Position numbers and translations under genes: made by a program
Notes under the pieces: generated by a model
Database searches by the model: none
What the model was told of the DNA's origin: nothing
What the model saw: only the letters and a program-made list of their open reading frames with translations
IMG/VR virus record: IMGVR_UViG_2531839532_000007
Origin: a virus
Taxonomy: Duplodnaviria; Heunggongvirae; Uroviricota; Caudoviricetes
Direction: 5' to 3' (one strand)
DNA length: 8,294 nt
Shown here: positions 6,407 through 8,294 of the stretch, in pieces
Layout of the letters: each line of letters opens with the position of its first letter
Numbering within the stretch: position 1 is the stretch's first letter

Positions 6407-7456
6407 TTACGCCAGTACGCCAATTGCCAGCGCGCGATCGATAAAACGAAATATCAGCTCCAGTTGGGAGCCATACTTATCTTCAAATGCCACTGTATCC
6501 GTATGCAGCTCGTTGTGATGCTTTCTGCACAAAGGCAACACAAAGAGATCATGTGCTTTTGTTCCCATTCCGCCCTGCCCGTGACCAATCAGATGATGCG
6601 GATCGTCGGCTGGCATACCGCAGCAAGCACACGGCTGTGTCTTAACCCAACGTGTGTATTTCTCCTTAACCCAGCGGCGACGTTTAGGCAGCTTCATGAA
6701 AGATTCCGGAGACTCTGGATCAACGGTGATGCTTACCACCGTCTTTTCCTGTGGTGATTTTTGTTGCTGGTGGGCGTAAGGCAACGGTGCAAGATTTTTT
6801 GTGCGTTGTTTCAATATGCTGGTGGCGGTCTGCTCTCCCGGTACGATGTCGCTTTCGCGGTACACCGAGCAGATTTTTTCCGCTGGTAATCCCAGCGAAC
6901 GACGCGATACAGCCTCAGGTAGTGCATCCACCACCTGATTGCAGACCGCCCACCAGGATAATTCAGCCAAAGATAATTCCCGCTCCTGCGTACCGCTTAT
7001 TGCGTGACGGATGACGTCAATCACCCATGCTGTCAGATTTTGTTGAGCAAGCAGCTCCAGTGATTCCGATGTCTGGTCACGCAGTTGGTTGTCGCAGTGC
7101 CAGCACAACACCATTGCGCCGGTACCATAACGGTGAATGACTGTTTCAGTGTGATGGTAATCGCCATTAGGCCACTGGCAGGATGTAACATGACGTAATA
7201 GCCAGTCGGACAATGCGCCAACGCCGCCAGCAGCACGAATCACCCGTTCGTTACTAAAAAACGGCAGCAATGTTTTGTCTTCCGCCAGCGGCTGGCGAAC
7301 GGCAGGAACGACTCCGGATGGCAGATTACGCATGCTTTTTGGTTCCGGTTCCACCAGCACTCGAGGATTATGAAATATCTGTATGGATTCACGGCCCGGC
7401 TTAAGGACCACCAGCCCAAGCTCAGGCACCAGAACAGGTCTAAGTAATACCCGCAC
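6407..7456 (-). CDS. ydfU: DUF968-family protein with C-terminal HNH/His-Me-finger-like motif (YdfU-like), 349 aa from GTG 7456
   Basis: C-terminal motif …QPCACCGMPADDPHHLIGHGQGGMGTKAHDLFVLPLCRKHHNELH… Strong GGAGG Shine-Dalgarno 4-5 nt before GTG 7456; the ORF-track start at 7495 is also a GTG but lacks a Shine-Dalgarno. Stop lies 13 nt before the Q start. Confidence 0.8.
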   Translation of the reverse strand: MRVLLRPVLVPELGLVVLKPGRESIQIFHNPRVLVEPEPKSMRNLPSGVVPAVRQPLAEDKTLLPFFSNERVIRAAGGVGALSDWLLRHVTSCQWPNGDYHHTETVIHRYGTGAMVLCWHCDNQLRDQTSESLELLAQQNLTAWVIDVIRHAISGTQERELSLAELSWWAVCNQVVDALPEAVSRRSLGLPAEKICSVYRESDIVPGEQTATSILKQRTKNLAPLPYAHQQQKSPQEKTVVSITVDPESPESFMKLPKRRRWVKEKYTRWVKTQPCACCGMPADDPHHLIGHGQGGMGTKAHDLFVLPLCRKHHNELHTDTVAFEDKYGSQLELIFRFIDRALAIGVLA

Positions 7457-7457
7457 G

Positions 7458-7736
7458 TTACCTCCAGATCCGTTGCTGGAAAGTGCGGGACGCACGTGGT
7501 GGGCGTTCGGAATAAGGCAGCCTGACAGAGATTATCCAGTGCCGATAGTCGAGACTGAGAGCTTTCTTAACCTCGAACCCGCGCCTGCGGTAAGAATGAA
7601 TCAGCCATTCGGCCTGTTCTGCAGTGCATGGAGGGTGCTGGAACCATTCAGACTTGAATGCGTGAGAATACCGCCCGTGCGTGCAGGCAAGAACGGGCGA
7701 ATTATCAGAATTGTAATATTTTGCGTTGCGTGCCAT
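7458..7736 (-). CDS. Hypothetical 92-aa protein translationally coupled to the DUF968 gene
   Basis: ATG 7736 with GGAG 8 nt upstream; the TAA stop (7458..7460) sits inside the ydfU Shine-Dalgarno (GGAGGTAAcGTG). Product MARNAKYYNSDNSPVLACTHGRYSHAFKSEWFQHPPCTAEQ… is Cys/His-containing; no family recognised. Confidence 0.5.
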   Translation of the reverse strand: MARNAKYYNSDNSPVLACTHGRYSHAFKSEWFQHPPCTAEQAEWLIHSYRRRGFEVKKALSLDYRHWIISVRLPYSERPPRASRTFQQRIWR

Positions 7737-7802
7737 CGGTTTTCTCCGGTGGCACGGTGTTACTCAGCGGGAGTTCAGCCCCGCGCAAGATTGTAGATGA
7801 GT

Positions 7803-8054
7803 TTATTCTCCTGAAAAAGCAGAAAAGCCAGCTTTTATTCCGATCTCTTTCAATGCCTGTAATGAAGTGACAAACTCACCTTCGCGCAAGATAAATCCGT
7901 CCGTGACCCGAGCATCCACAAAATTAATTAACGCAGCCCCATTCTTTCGCAAACACATAATGCGGTAATGACTAACAAGATTTCCATTTTCAACGCACAC
8001 AGCATAGAGGCCATCTTCACAAAAAATTTTACGCAGTTCTTCGATGTTCATCAT
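7803..8054 (-). CDS. rem: Rem-like small prophage protein (83 aa), function unknown
   Basis: ATGATG start with AAGGA 6 nt upstream. Length and position (between the hok toxin and ydfU) match K-12 rem as recalled; I cannot verify the sequence itself. Confidence 0.6.
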   Translation of the reverse strand: MMNIEELRKIFCEDGLYAVCVENGNLVSHYRIMCLRKNGAALINFVDARVTDGFILREGEFVTSLQALKEIGIKAGFSAFSGE

Positions 8055-8170
8055 CAGAATCCTTCCGGATAATTAGCTCTCCCCTTTAAGGGACCATCCC
8101 TCTTATCCCTGCGCGCTACTTAAGTATTTTTGATTCTATTCCGGCACCGTCCAGAACTTCAAACGCGTTG

Positions 8171-8202
8171 AAAATAAAAACAAAAACCCGCCGAAGCGGG
8201 TT
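8171..8202 (-). terminator. Intrinsic terminator of the upstream (hok-containing) transcription unit
   Basis: Stem AACCCGC-CGAA-GCGGGTT; the minus-strand reading is followed by UUUUUGUUUUUAUUUU. It sits about 70 nt after the hok-like stop codon. Confidence 0.6.
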
Positions 8203-8270
8203 AAGTGCGGGTGCGTTGAGGATGCCTGCCACATCAGAGGTGGCGAGGGATTTCTCCCCCGCCGGGTCTC

Positions 8271-8294
8271 TTACTCCTCAGGTTCGTAAGCTGT
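8271..8294 (-). CDS. hokD: Hok-family type I toxin (HokD/RelF-like), C-terminal 7 codons plus stop; rest of gene outside the window
   Basis: Minus-strand translation of the window edge gives …TAYEPEE*, which matches the Hok/Gef/RelF C-terminus (…EVAVFTAYEPEE) as recalled. Very short fragment. Confidence 0.5.
   Translation of the reverse strand, partial: TAYEPEE

Noticed and set aside
6394-6423. Longer Q form starting at the TTG at 6423 (260 aa)
   Set aside because: The TTG would lie inside the end of the upstream gene and lacks a Shine-Dalgarno; the ATG at 6393 has GGAG at ideal spacing and gives the 250-aa length.
6303-7870. Plus-strand ORFs 6303..6518, 6392..6757, 6751..7014, 7383..7796, 7658..7870 and minus-strand internal ORF 7033..7236
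   Set aside because: All are alternative-frame or antisense ORFs within the Q, ydfU and 92-aa genes; Ser/Arg/Pro-rich translations typical of GC-rich antisense frames, without ribosome-binding sites.

Overview
This window is the late/lysis end of a lambdoid cryptic prophage of Escherichia coli, organised like the K-12 Qin prophage, with almost every gene on the minus strand. Reading from high to low coordinates: a hok-family toxin C-terminus (partial, window edge), a minus-strand terminator, a Rem-like 83-aa gene, a 92-aa ORF, a DUF968/HNH-like gene (YdfU-like), and a 250-aa Q antiterminator. Immediately downstream of Q sits a lambda pR'-like late promoter with an AACGATGGG pause motif and a tR'-like terminator. 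Between Q and the lysis genes lies a moron block: cspF (+), divergent cspB (-) and a small zinc-ribbon ORF (+). The lysis cassette follows: dual-start pinholin, a DUF1327 gene, a SAR-type endolysin, and Rz with embedded Rz1. Beyond it are cspI, a YnfN-like small gene, gnsB, and a DUF1398 gene whose 5' end is replaced by the right end of an IS2 copy (insD 3' end plus terminal repeat). No rRNA, tRNA or CRISPR array was seen. I do not see a clear novel multi-gene system; this looks like a well-known prophage region. The unexplained signal is concentrated in the long structured regions flanking the three csp genes, which hold several small ORFs, and in the 92-aa ORF coupled to the DUF968 gene. All protein identifications are from memory of the families and synteny, not from a database search.
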